From NCBI GenBank assembly GCA_963762585.1, contig CAVXLF010000023.1:85035-149034 (forward strand): a stretch of 64,000 nucleotides of DNA. The letters are read 5' to 3'. The notes beneath the pieces were generated by a model, which saw nothing but the letters and a program-made list of their open reading frames with translations, was not told where the DNA came from and ran no database searches. Each line of letters begins with the position of its first letter. Position 1 is the stretch's first letter. Both the position numbers and the translations under genes were made by a program. Origin of the DNA: an uncultured Verrucomicrobiae bacterium. GTDB lineage: Bacteria > Verrucomicrobiota > Verrucomicrobiia > Limisphaerales > UBA11358. Shown in pieces: positions 48,842 to 59,293 of this stretch.

Positions 48842-48935
48842 AACATCCAACATCCAACATCCAACATCCAATTCCCAATGCCGGCGGTGCAGGCATCATT
48901 GGATGTTCGGCGTTCGATGTTGGATGTTGGATGTT
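48842..48935. repeat. Inverted pair of heptamer arrays (AACATCC xN ... GGATGTT xN)
   Basis: AACATCC x4 perfect plus 2 degenerate (48842-48883); GGATGTT-type x5, 3 perfect (48901-48935); the arms are reverse complements. Confidence 0.85.
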
Positions 48936-48959
48936 CACTTGGCGGTAGGAAACCGTTCC

Positions 48960-49874
48960 TCACGTTTGCGCCAGCAGTTCGACGAGCAGCGTGAGGACCT
49001 CGTCCCGGTCTTTGCCGTTCAGCGCCAGCGCCAGTTGCGCCGTGAGCAGGCCGTATTGAACGCCGATGTCGTAACGGCGGCCCTGCAATTCGCACGCGAG
49101 ATAGCGTTCGCTTTCGGCCACCCTGGCCAGGGCATCGGCAAGATGCACGCCGCCGGTGTTGCCCGCAGCCGTCACGAGTTGTTGCAGAATGTCCATCACG
49201 CCGGACGTCAAAACATGCATGCCGAAAAAACACAGGTAATGGCCGGCGCGCAGGCCGGGCACGATGAGTTTTTGTTCGGCCACCGTCGGCGTGGGTTTTT
49301 CCACGACGCGATCCACCTGATACAAACCGGCCCGGCCCGGCAGCCGCCGCGCGCCCACCGCGCCGTAGTAGGGCAGCTTGCTTTCGTGTGTGGGTTGCAC
49401 CGCGGAAACCGCGCAGGCTTCGGCGGAGGCCAGCTCCAGCAATTGCCGGGCGCAGGAATTTTTATTTTTGCTGACGTACAGGTGGTCGCCCACCAAAAGC
49501 ATGAACGATTCGTCGCCGGTAAAGTTCCGCGCACAGGCCACGGCATGGCCGTAGCCCAACGGCGCGGGTTGCTCGATGAATTGGACGCGATTGGCGTGCG
49601 GCCCGGCGGCGGCGGCAAAGGCGCCCTCGTCACCGGGGGAAATCACCAGCCCGATTTCCTCAATGCCGGCCTGCAACACCTCCTCGAGCAGGATGGTGAG
49701 GGCCGATTTGGACTGGCCGTCGCGGTCCATCAACGATTGCAACGGCAGGTTTCGCTGATTGCGACCGGCGGCGGTAATGACAGCTTTGCGGATTTTCACG
49801 GCTGGACGCCCGGCGGGGCAGGTGGTGTTTTCTTCATGACTGGCAAAACGCGAGCATAAGGGCCGCGCGGCCAT
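48960..49874 (-). CDS. GalU-like sugar-1-phosphate nucleotidyltransferase with degenerate N-terminal motif
   Basis: [18 protein letters not shown] (in place of GalU-type AAGLGTRFLP), [12 protein letters not shown]. Start is ATG 49874 or GTG 49799. Confidence 0.65.
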   Translation of the reverse strand: MAARPLCSRFASHEENTTCPAGRPAVKIRKAVITAAGRNQRNLPLQSLMDRDGQSKSALTILLEEVLQAGIEEIGLVISPGDEGAFAAAAGPHANRVQFIEQPAPLGYGHAVACARNFTGDESFMLLVGDHLYVSKNKNSCARQLLELASAEACAVSAVQPTHESKLPYYGAVGARRLPGRAGLYQVDRVVEKPTPTVAEQKLIVPGLRAGHYLCFFGMHVLTSGVMDILQQLVTAAGNTGGVHLADALARVAESERYLACELQGRRYDIGVQYGLLTAQLALALNGKDRDEVLTLLVELLAQT

Positions 49875-50101
49875 ATTTCAAGCGCTGGCTGGCGGCCAGA
49901 AAAAATGCGCTCTACAAAATAGATGGGGGGTTATCCGAAGTCGGCTGGCTTGCTCGTAATGCCGATGACGAAGCGGTCATAAACCGATGTGCCATCCGCG
50001 GTTGTTGGTTTTCTGGTTAAAAGAAAGCCAAGAAAGGGTTTGTGCTCCGGTGGCGCCGGTGGGATTTTAGGGTGCGGACGAAAAACAACCCGGTCACAGC
50101 C

Positions 50102-50545
50102 ATGAAAATCACGGAAATTTTGGTGGCGGAACACGTGGTGTTCCACAACCTGTTCGATCACCTCGAGCAGACCGTGCCGCGTCTCAAATCGCTGGCGGAG
50201 GTCAAGGCGCTTTCCGCCGTGCTGGAGGCGCTCATGCGCGCGCATGCCCGGACGGAGGATGATTTGCTGGTGGAACCGCTGGAACATTGTCTGGCGCAGA
50301 TCGGGCAGAACGAGACGTTTCACGAGGAGCACGACGAAATTGACGCCCGGCTGGCGGAGGTGCAGAAGGCGCGTGGCGCGAAATCGGCGCGCGAGCTGTT
50401 GCTGCGGGCCGTCCTGCGTTCGCGCGAACATTTCGACAAGGAAGAACGCGTCGTCTTTCCGCTCGCGGAACGGGTGTTAAAGGCCAAAACGCTTTCCGGT
50501 CTGGGCGACGAATGGATGAAACGGCGCGAAGCGGTGCTCAGTTAA
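50102..50545 (+). CDS. Hemerythrin (HHE cation-binding) domain protein
   Basis: ATG 50102; paired H/E-rich helices (AEHVVFHNLFDH..., HEEHDEID, REHFDKEE). Confidence 0.7.
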   Translation: MKITEILVAEHVVFHNLFDHLEQTVPRLKSLAEVKALSAVLEALMRAHARTEDDLLVEPLEHCLAQIGQNETFHEEHDEIDARLAEVQKARGAKSARELLLRAVLRSREHFDKEERVVFPLAERVLKAKTLSGLGDEWMKRREAVLS

Positions 50546-51780
50546 GATTGCGCCGGTTGCCGTTCCGGCGTGGACCGGACTCTCAATACCAGCAGTGCCC
50601 CCGCGGCGAACAGTACCGCACTGTAACCAAACGCCACCGTCGTGCCCGCCACCGTCCAGAGCACGCCGACGATGATGCTCGACAGCAAATCACCCACGCC
50701 GTTCACGGTCGCCAGCACGCCGAACGCCATGCCGTGCTGTTTCTCGCCCACCAGTTCGGCACATAACGAATCTTCGAGGGTTTCGGCGATGCCGATGAAC
50801 GTTCCGGCCAGCAGGAACACGAGTCCCAGCGTCCAGACGGTCACCGGCAAAACCATGACGCACCCGGCCGTGACGGCCGCCAGGGCGTAAGCCGCCGCCA
50901 GCACGAGATGTTTTTTGAAATGGTCGGCCAGCCAGCCGGCCATCGGTGCGCAGCCCGCGTAGAAAACATTGTGCAGCAGATAAAATCCCATGGCGATGCC
51001 GGCCGCCCGGGGTGCGCCAAACGCCGGCGTCAATTTTTGCGCAGCAAGCAGAATCAGCATGGAGTGAGCGAAATCACCGGCGCCGAAAAGGCCGACGCCG
51101 GTCAAAAACCGGCGATAGGGTGTCGGCAGCGCGCGCAGCCGTTCGCCAAAGGAAACGTGCGAGACCGGCCGGCGCTCCTTTTCTTTGACCAGAAATACAA
51201 TGAACAGGCCGGCCAGCAGACCCGGAATCAGCGTGACGGCGAACAGGGGCGGATACCGGTGATGAAACACCGGCAGCAGCAGGAACGCCGTGGCCGGCCC
51301 GGCAATCGCGCCGCACGTGTCCATCATGCGCTCGAAACCGAAGGCGCGTCCGTAGGTTTCGCGCGTGACGGCGGCGGCCAGCAGCGCCTTGCGCACCGGC
51401 GTGCGCACGCCGCGTCCCAGCCACGCGCAGGAACGCGAAATCAAAACCTGCCACGCTGCCGTTGCCAGGCCAAATGACGCGGTGCTCAGGGCGGTGACCA
51501 GGTAACCGGCCACGGCGATGGGTTTGCGGCGCGGTAATTTGTCCGTGTAAAAGCCGGACGCCATTTTCGCAAAGCTCGACAGGCCGTCCGCGACGCCTTC
51601 AATGACACCGAGCCACGCCGCCGCCGCGCCGAACGTGGCGATGAAGGCGGGCAAAACCGTGGTGGCGATTTCGTGCGACCAATCGCTGAAGAGCGAGGCC
51701 AGCCCGATGCCCAGCACGGTGCGGTTGAGCCAGCGGAATTTTTTCGGCGGCGCGACCGCCGGATTAGCCGGGACTGACAT
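50542..51780 (-). CDS. MFS transporter
   Basis: ~12 TM helices; D-K-L-P-R-R-K loop between TM2 and TM3 (YTDKLPRRKP). ATG 51780 preferred over TTG 51789. Confidence 0.8.
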   Translation of the reverse strand: MSVPANPAVAPPKKFRWLNRTVLGIGLASLFSDWSHEIATTVLPAFIATFGAAAAWLGVIEGVADGLSSFAKMASGFYTDKLPRRKPIAVAGYLVTALSTASFGLATAAWQVLISRSCAWLGRGVRTPVRKALLAAAVTRETYGRAFGFERMMDTCGAIAGPATAFLLLPVFHHRYPPLFAVTLIPGLLAGLFIVFLVKEKERRPVSHVSFGERLRALPTPYRRFLTGVGLFGAGDFAHSMLILLAAQKLTPAFGAPRAAGIAMGFYLLHNVFYAGCAPMAGWLADHFKKHLVLAAAYALAAVTAGCVMVLPVTVWTLGLVFLLAGTFIGIAETLEDSLCAELVGEKQHGMAFGVLATVNGVGDLLSSIIVGVLWTVAGTTVAFGYSAVLFAAGALLVLRVRSTPERQPAQS

Positions 51781-52252
51781 AGGCCCCAATCAATCGGCCA
51801 ATTTCCTCCAAAAGTCGAGTTTCGTCCGGGGTGTATTCGTATTCGCGCCGGGTGCCGATGCCGAGGGTGCCGACGATTTTGTCGCCGTTGCGCAAGGGCA
51901 CGCACAACACGCCGCCGACGCCGGTTTGCCGCGCGCCGGGCCGGGCCACGCCGCTGGTGTCGGTTTGCAGATTGCAGAGGGTGACCGGTCCGCCCCGCGC
52001 GACGACCTGTCCGGCGATGCCTTTGCCCACGGGAACCGTTTTCACGACCTCCAGCATTTGCGGAGGCAAACCGGTTTGGGCCACGAGCTGAAGCAATTGT
52101 TTTCCGGCATCAAGCCGGTGAATCGTGCCGGTCTCGGAACGAAAATGCCCGAGCACCACGTTCAAGGCCGCTGTCAAAGCGGGCGCGGGCTGGCCGCCGC
52201 CTTTGAGGAGCGCTGTAATTTGTTCGTTCAGTTCGGTCATGCCGAAATGCAT
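51764..52252 (-). CDS. GAF domain protein
   Basis: ~160 aa; VPVGKGIAGQVV...L.VPL..G.K.VGTLGIG is a typical GAF core. Confidence 0.7.
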   Translation of the reverse strand: MHFGMTELNEQITALLKGGGQPAPALTAALNVVLGHFRSETGTIHRLDAGKQLLQLVAQTGLPPQMLEVVKTVPVGKGIAGQVVARGGPVTLCNLQTDTSGVARPGARQTGVGGVLCVPLRNGDKIVGTLGIGTRREYEYTPDETRLLEEIGRLIGAYVSPG

Positions 52253-52334
52253 CAATTAATATCGGGTGTCTGTTGGATTCGCCGGTAGCGATGGCGTTCA
52301 ATGGTGATTGCTTTTGTTGAGTCCGGCAGGCGAA

Positions 52335-53312
52335 TCACATTGTCGGCAGCACGCCCGGTTGCTGTGGCGGTTCCGGCGGGAACACGTCGTAGTCCCGGCC
52401 AAACTGGGCCAGGAAATAGAGCGAGTAGCAGCGTTTGAACATCAAGACCGGCAGCAGCACGACCGTCCCCAGATAGGGGAGCATCATCAGGCATCCGGCG
52501 AGGCAACACGTGATAATCACCGCGCCGAAGACAATGACGCCGATGGCCATCGCCAGCACAATCTGGAACAGGAAATAGAGGACGAAAGCCCCCGCGTGGC
52601 CTGAAAGCAACGTCCATAATTCTTTCCACGCGGACAGACAGTGCTGGCGGCGCAGAAACATGATGGGCACGGCGAAATCCAAGGTCAGCTTTTGGACGAT
52701 GGCAAACACAATGGCCAGGCCCAAAAACAAGAGTCCCAAACCAACCGCGCCGAGGATGTTATTCAGCAAAAATTGGCCGTTAAGAAACATCTTGCAGACG
52801 ATGACGACGTCAAGAATGAGCAACGGCAGAGTGCAGATCATGGCCACCAGCCCCAGTCCGAGCCGGAACAGAAAGAGGCTGTTGCCTTCGGCGGCAAATT
52901 GATGCCAGGGTTCCACCACTTCGGCTTTGTCGAGGGCGACACAGTGCAGGAACATGAATTTGCCCCGGCTGTTGAGCCATAAAAAGAGCAGCCCCAGCGC
53001 GAGCAGAATCACGATCAGCCCGGCGGCCAGCGGCACAATCCAGTTCAGATTATCCAGGACATAGTCCCGGGCCCGGCCAAAACTTTGACGAAAAGTGTCT
53101 CCGTAATTGGTCCCGTGGTGCGGGCTGAAATTGTAGTTTCCATGAAACCCGCCTTCGCCCAGTTGGGCCAGCCATGCGCAAAAGCCGATGACAAACCATT
53201 TGCCGAGGTCGAAGGGCCGGAACAGGACCAGCTTGACCCGTTCCAACGCCGGGCTGACCGGTTCGGCCACGCTGATTTCCCGGGGTGGAGTGGTGACGGG
53301 TCCGATGGGCAT
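52335..53312 (-). CDS. Polytopic membrane protein, unknown function
   Basis: 325 aa, about 6 hydrophobic helices, no recognised motif. Confidence 0.45.
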   Translation of the reverse strand: MPIGPVTTPPREISVAEPVSPALERVKLVLFRPFDLGKWFVIGFCAWLAQLGEGGFHGNYNFSPHHGTNYGDTFRQSFGRARDYVLDNLNWIVPLAAGLIVILLALGLLFLWLNSRGKFMFLHCVALDKAEVVEPWHQFAAEGNSLFLFRLGLGLVAMICTLPLLILDVVIVCKMFLNGQFLLNNILGAVGLGLLFLGLAIVFAIVQKLTLDFAVPIMFLRRQHCLSAWKELWTLLSGHAGAFVLYFLFQIVLAMAIGVIVFGAVIITCCLAGCLMMLPYLGTVVLLPVLMFKRCYSLYFLAQFGRDYDVFPPEPPQQPGVLPTM

Positions 53313-53381
53313 AACCTGAATGTCCGATTCTTATGAAATCAGAATCCCGGCTGCAATCAGAAACGTCAGCAAACGCATTCC

Positions 53382-53409
53382 TTGACTCGTCGGTTCCGGG
53401 TTCTATTAT
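53382..53409 (+). promoter_or_regulatory. Sigma70-like promoter candidate for eno
   Basis: TTGACT (53382-53387), 16-nt spacer, TATTAT (53404-53409); AT-rich leader and AAGGA before ATG 53464. Confidence 0.45.
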
Positions 53410-53436
53410 TTATCCCAAGTCAGGTTTTATTAATAA

Positions 53437-54753
<1,317 letters not shown>

Positions 54754-54759
54754 ATTGCT

Positions 54760-54783
54760 GTAGCGGCGGTCTGCGACCGCCGC
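54760..54783. repeat. GTAG-headed hairpin after eno
   Basis: GTAGCGGCGGTC-TGC-GACCGCCGC. Confidence 0.6.
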
Positions 54784-54821
54784 AAAATGGCACACTCACC
54801 GAGGGCCGTTGTAGAATTCAG

Positions 54822-54854
54822 ACCGGAAGTCAGCAGCTGACTTCCGGTTTTTTG
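54822..54854 (+). terminator. Rho-independent terminator after eno
   Basis: ACCGGAAGTCAGC-A-GCTGACTTCCGGT followed by TTTTTTGTTT. Confidence 0.8.
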
Positions 54855-54874
54855 TTTGAACCATGGGAAAATCA

Positions 54875-55162
54875 CTATCCCCGTTTTGCCAGCCAATAAA
54901 CTCCCACCATCGTGACGATGCAGATCAGCGACATCGACAGCGCGGGCATGAAACAGGAAACCAGCATCATCACGGCGCCGCCGGCCAGGGGCAGGGCGGC
55001 TTTCTGGCGCCAGCCATAAATCAGGTAGCCGCTGGCAACCGAACCCCAAATCAATGAGGCGATCAGAAAATCTTCGCTAAACCAATTCACAACGGTCCGA
55101 TTATGGCGCAACTGGCTGTGGCTGGCCAGTGTCCCGTGCAATGACTTGTTTTTTCGGCACAC
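54875..55162 (-). CDS. Small hydrophobic protein (2-3 TM), hypothetical
   Basis: ORF only; the hydrophobic C-terminal two-thirds could start at GTG 55090. Confidence 0.3.
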   Translation of the reverse strand: MCRKNKSLHGTLASHSQLRHNRTVVNWFSEDFLIASLIWGSVASGYLIYGWRQKAALPLAGGAVMMLVSCFMPALSMSLICIVTMVGVYWLAKRG

Positions 55163-55182
55163 CTTGTGCTAGATTCCCGCCT

Positions 55183-55392
55183 GTGAATCGCTTTTTTCAT
55201 CCCAATCTCGGTCACCATGGGCGACTGGCGCGCGGGGTGATTGGTGCGCTGTGCCTCATCGCGGGCATCATTGTTGCGGGCGATTACACCTTGTGGGGGC
55301 TGATTTTGGTGGTGGCGGGCCTGTTCGCCATTTTTGAATCCATTCGCGGCTGGTGTCTCCTGCGCGCGTGCGGCATCAAAACCAAATTTTGA
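55183..55392 (+). CDS. DUF2892 (YgaP-like) small membrane protein
   Basis: GTG 55183; NLG..GRLARGVIG....AG.......W.L.L...GL.AIFES..GWC....ACG matches the DUF2892 pattern. Confidence 0.55.
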   Translation: MNRFFHPNLGHHGRLARGVIGALCLIAGIIVAGDYTLWGLILVVAGLFAIFESIRGWCLLRACGIKTKF

Positions 55393-56864
55393 TCGTGCAA
55401 GAACCAACGGCTACAGGGACTTCCGGTTTTCAACGCTACTGGGTTTTGCTGGTCTGGATGGTTGTCCTCTCGACCTTGTTTTTGATTCCGCTGAGAATTT
55501 TAAGCTACGGTTTCGTGCCGGGCGGCGATGCCCGGCGGCACATCGCCAAGGCGTCCACGGACAGAGCCGACAGTCAAATCGTCCTGCTGCGGCCGGGTTT
55601 CACCCTGGACCACAACCCGGGCTGGGAATGGGTGCTGCGGCACGTGCAAAAAGCCACCGGCTGGAACATCGGGCAAATCACAGTCTTCGCCGTCATCGCC
55701 CTGTTGCTGGGTTTTTTCTTTTCCGCCCTGCCATGGCTGTCCCGGCCCGAAGCCTGGCTGGCTGCGCTGCTGGCCGAATTGATTGCGCTGCCCTATTTGA
55801 TGAACCGGCTGGTGCAATGCCGGCCGCTGTTGATTCCTGAAAGCATCCTGATTGCCCTGTTGTTTGTCTGGTCGAAAACCGATGCCAAGGGGCCATCGTG
55901 GCGAAAACTCATCCTGACCGCCGCCGCTTTTGGTCTGGCTACCTGGATGGATGGCGCGTGGTTTTTGTGGGGATTTCTGCTCGCCGCATTTGCCCTGGCC
56001 CGCGAATGGCGCAAGCTCCTGTGGTTGCTGGCCTGCTGGTTGGTGGGAACCGTTGTGGCCGCCGCCCTGACCGGCAGCCCGGTTCAGTTCCTCGAACAAA
56101 CCATCCGGCTGGCGGCCACGGTCGCGCAGGAACACGTTCCGTCGTGGGTGCTGGTTGGGGAAATGACCCCCAGCCGCGGCGAATTTGAGACGCTCGTGCT
56201 GCTGGCCATCGTGTTTCTCTGGCGGCGACAACAAGGCCGGACCGCGTCCGCTCTCCTGGATACCCCGGTGTTCTGGCTCATTGTCCTTTGTTGGATGCTC
56301 GGATTTAAGGCGGACCGTTGTTGGGCGGACTGGGGCATGCCCGCCGTGCTCGTCTGGCTGACGCTGCAATTTCAAGAGGCGTTCACAACTTTTTGCGACG
56401 CCGCATCGCCAAAGCGGTTGCTGCTCTGCGCGTTCATGGCCTTCCCGCTTTTCCTCCAAACCACCAATGATCTGGATCGGCGCTACTCCCATTCGGCAGC
56501 GGAACAATTTGTGGACGCCCAGGATCCCGGTTTGCAGGGCTGGCTGCCGGGCCCGGATGGTATTTTTTACTGTGACCAAATGGCTTTTTATTACGACACC
56601 TTCTATACAAATCCCCAGGCCGACTGGCACTACATTCTGGGTTATGAACCCGCGGTCATGCCGGAGGCAGACCTGAAAATCCTGCGCTCGATCCAATTGA
56701 GCCAGGGAGCGCCCGAAGCTTACGAACCGTGGATCAAAAAAATGCGGCCCATTGACCGGCTGGTGATTTACAGTCCGGCCCAGCCCGATCTGCCTCAATT
56801 GGAATGGCACCATGCCGTGGGTGACATCTGGCTGGGAAGATTGCCCGAAACCAAATCGCATTAA
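55353..56864 (+). CDS. Large polytopic membrane protein, unknown function (start uncertain)
   Basis: ~10 TM helices then a soluble C-terminal ~130 aa; overlaps the DUF2892 3' end, so the true start is probably near 55392-55440. Confidence 0.5.
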   Translation: MSPARVRHQNQILIVQEPTATGTSGFQRYWVLLVWMVVLSTLFLIPLRILSYGFVPGGDARRHIAKASTDRADSQIVLLRPGFTLDHNPGWEWVLRHVQKATGWNIGQITVFAVIALLLGFFFSALPWLSRPEAWLAALLAELIALPYLMNRLVQCRPLLIPESILIALLFVWSKTDAKGPSWRKLILTAAAFGLATWMDGAWFLWGFLLAAFALAREWRKLLWLLACWLVGTVVAAALTGSPVQFLEQTIRLAATVAQEHVPSWVLVGEMTPSRGEFETLVLLAIVFLWRRQQGRTASALLDTPVFWLIVLCWMLGFKADRCWADWGMPAVLVWLTLQFQEAFTTFCDAASPKRLLLCAFMAFPLFLQTTNDLDRRYSHSAAEQFVDAQDPGLQGWLPGPDGIFYCDQMAFYYDTFYTNPQADWHYILGYEPAVMPEADLKILRSIQLSQGAPEAYEPWIKKMRPIDRLVIYSPAQPDLPQLEWHHAVGDIWLGRLPETKSH

Positions 56865-56958
56865 TCCAACTGGTCCGCTCCCGGTATTTGCAGGAAATCC
56901 CGGCTAACGCCGGCGCTTTTGCCTTTTTCCTCCGTCCGATTTCCGCCACTTTACAGTC

Positions 56959-58686
56959 ATGAATTTGTTGCCATTCGGAAAATTGCCCGCGCACCGGCCG
57001 AGAAAATTTGTTCCCGCGGAGCTTGCTCTCGGTGACTGGCCGCAAATTGCGCCGCTGTTCGATCAACTGGAAGCGCGTGCGGCGGATGGCAAGACCGCCG
57101 CAGACCTGGAGCGCTGGCTGCTCGACTGGAGCGAACTCAGCGCCGCGCTCGACGAGGAATCCTCCCGCCGTTATATCGCCATGACCTGCCACACGGACAG
57201 TCCGGACGCGGAGAAGGCGTATCTGCATTTCGTGGAACACGTCGAGCCGCAGCTCAAACCGCGCCAGTTCGCGCTCGAAAAAATTTACGTCACCCATCTG
57301 CTGCGTGAAAACTTGCCGCAGACGCGCTATCAGGTCTTTGACCGTGACGTAAAAAGCCACGTCGAGCTGTTCCGACCCGAAAACGTTCCGTTGGAGACCG
57401 AAGAGGCCAAGCTTTGCCAGCAGTACCAAAAATTAAGCGGTTCGCTGACGGTGAATTTTCGCGGTGAGGAAAAGACGCTTGTTCAGATGGGCCGTTACCT
57501 CGAAGAACCGGACCGTCCGCTGCGGCAGGACGCGTGGCAGACCGTGGCCCGGCGCCGTTTGCAGGAGGCGGAAAAGTGTGACGGCCTCTTCGATGAAATG
57601 TTGAAGCTCCGCGCGCAAATTGCGAAAAATGCTGGTTTTGAGAATTACCGCGACTACGCCTTTCACCGGTCCGGCCGGTTTGACTATGCGCCGGAGGACT
57701 GCGAAAAATTTCACGACGCGGTCGAAAGACATGTGATGCCAGTCGTGCGCGAATTACAGGCGGAACGGCGCGCGGCATTGAAATTGGAAAAGCTGCGTCC
57801 GTGGGATCTGGCGGTTGACCCATTGAACCGTCCGCCGCTGAAACCCTTTGACAAGGTGAGTGAGATGGTTTCGCGTACGCAGAAGATTTTCGACCGTCTG
57901 GACGGCGAACTGGCGGCTGGATTCCGGCAGATGCAGGATTTGCACCTGCTGGACCTCGACAATCGCAAGGGCAAGGCGCCGGGCGGCTATCAGGACACGC
58001 TCAACGAGGCGCGGTTGCCGTTCATTTTCATGAACGCCGTCGGGGTGCAGCGCGATGTGGAGACGATTTTGCACGAAGCCGGCCATGCCTTTCATGCGCT
58101 CGCCACCCGGGACGAGGATTTGCGCGCCTACCGCCACGCGCCGATTGAGTTTTGCGAGGTCGCCTCGATGAGCATGGAACTGCTCGGCAACGAATTCATC
58201 GAGGAATTTTATTCCGCCGCCGACGCAAAACGCGCGCGGCGCGTTCACCTCGAAGGCATTGTCGGGGTTTTTCCGTGGATTGCCACGGTGGACGCGTTCC
58301 AGCACTGGGTTTACACGCATCCGAATCACACGCGCGACGAGCGCGCGGCGGCGTGGCTGGCGTTGATGGACCGTTTTGGCGGCGACGTGGATTGGAGCGG
58401 GCACGAGGCCGCGCGCGCCCATCTGTGGCACCGGCAGCTCCATATTTTTCTGCACCCGTTTTACTACATTGAATACGGCATCGCGCAATTGGGCGCGTTG
58501 CAGGTCTGGGCCAATTCAAGGCGCGACCGGGCGAAGGCGTTGAATGATTACAAAAAGTCGCTGGCGCTGGGCGGTTCACGGCCGCTGCCGGAACTGTTTT
58601 CAGCAGCGGGCTGCCGGTTTGAATTCAGTTCGCGGACGATTGAGCCGCTGACGAAATTGTTGCGGGAAGAATTGGGAAAAGTTTGA
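56959..58686 (+). CDS. pepF: M3-family oligoendopeptidase F
   Basis: 575 aa; HEAGHAFH zinc motif with downstream E (IEFCEVASM), PepF-size. Confidence 0.88.
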   Translation: MNLLPFGKLPAHRPRKFVPAELALGDWPQIAPLFDQLEARAADGKTAADLERWLLDWSELSAALDEESSRRYIAMTCHTDSPDAEKAYLHFVEHVEPQLKPRQFALEKIYVTHLLRENLPQTRYQVFDRDVKSHVELFRPENVPLETEEAKLCQQYQKLSGSLTVNFRGEEKTLVQMGRYLEEPDRPLRQDAWQTVARRRLQEAEKCDGLFDEMLKLRAQIAKNAGFENYRDYAFHRSGRFDYAPEDCEKFHDAVERHVMPVVRELQAERRAALKLEKLRPWDLAVDPLNRPPLKPFDKVSEMVSRTQKIFDRLDGELAAGFRQMQDLHLLDLDNRKGKAPGGYQDTLNEARLPFIFMNAVGVQRDVETILHEAGHAFHALATRDEDLRAYRHAPIEFCEVASMSMELLGNEFIEEFYSAADAKRARRVHLEGIVGVFPWIATVDAFQHWVYTHPNHTRDERAAAWLALMDRFGGDVDWSGHEAARAHLWHRQLHIFLHPFYYIEYGIAQLGALQVWANSRRDRAKALNDYKKSLALGGSRPLPELFSAAGCRFEFSSRTIEPLTKLLREELGKV

Positions 58687-58721
58687 ACCGGCTTGGGAAG
58701 CGGTTGCAGCCTAATCTGATA

Positions 58722-59147
58722 TTAGACATCAGGAGTCTTCTGGAGCATCCTCTGCGCTTGCTCCGACTGCTCCTGGTTGGAGGCGTCGGTGCGAGGAAAG
58801 CGGCGCCGATAATCGCGAATATCGCGGAAAGTGCGTGTCACCACCTCCAAAAACTTCCCCTCCAACTTGGGAATAACTCTGCCCAGGAGCATCACATTCC
58901 GGTCGAGGCTCAACTCCAATGACTCTCGCTTCAATCGTCGTCCGCCACCATTCAAAACCATCAACTCAAACAATGTCTGCTGCGCGTTGGTCAAAGCCGT
59001 CACCATCTCTACCAGAGGATAATCTTCGGGCGGTGGGCCGCCGAACTCGTCCATCAAATCCAACGTAACTTTTGTCGGCGGCTTGGGTGGCCCATCTATC
59101 CGCTTTAGCTTGGGCTTCGACTGCTTCCTTGACGCGTCGTCACTCAT
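58722..59147 (-). CDS. Hypothetical protein in AT-richer islet next to RAYT
   Basis: 141 aa, Lys/Pro-rich N-terminus, no recognised motif. Confidence 0.35.
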   Translation of the reverse strand: MSDDASRKQSKPKLKRIDGPPKPPTKVTLDLMDEFGGPPPEDYPLVEMVTALTNAQQTLFELMVLNGGGRRLKRESLELSLDRNVMLLGRVIPKLEGKFLEVVTRTFRDIRDYRRRFPRTDASNQEQSEQAQRMLQKTPDV

Positions 59148-59293
59148 GTGTGTGATGAGGTCTAACAGACAAACGACAGCTTCTCTTGCAGCCTATCCAG
59201 TTTCATGTTCCAACAGTATTTTCGGTGTAACTTTCTGTCCAGCATTTTAGCAGGCGCGGCGATTGGGGGCGATTTTACGCACCCTACGCGGAT

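Noticed and set aside
48842-48935. Heptamer arrays as possible CRISPR arrays.
   Set aside because: The units are 7 nt and directly tandem with no spacers, and there are no cas genes. This is not CRISPR architecture.
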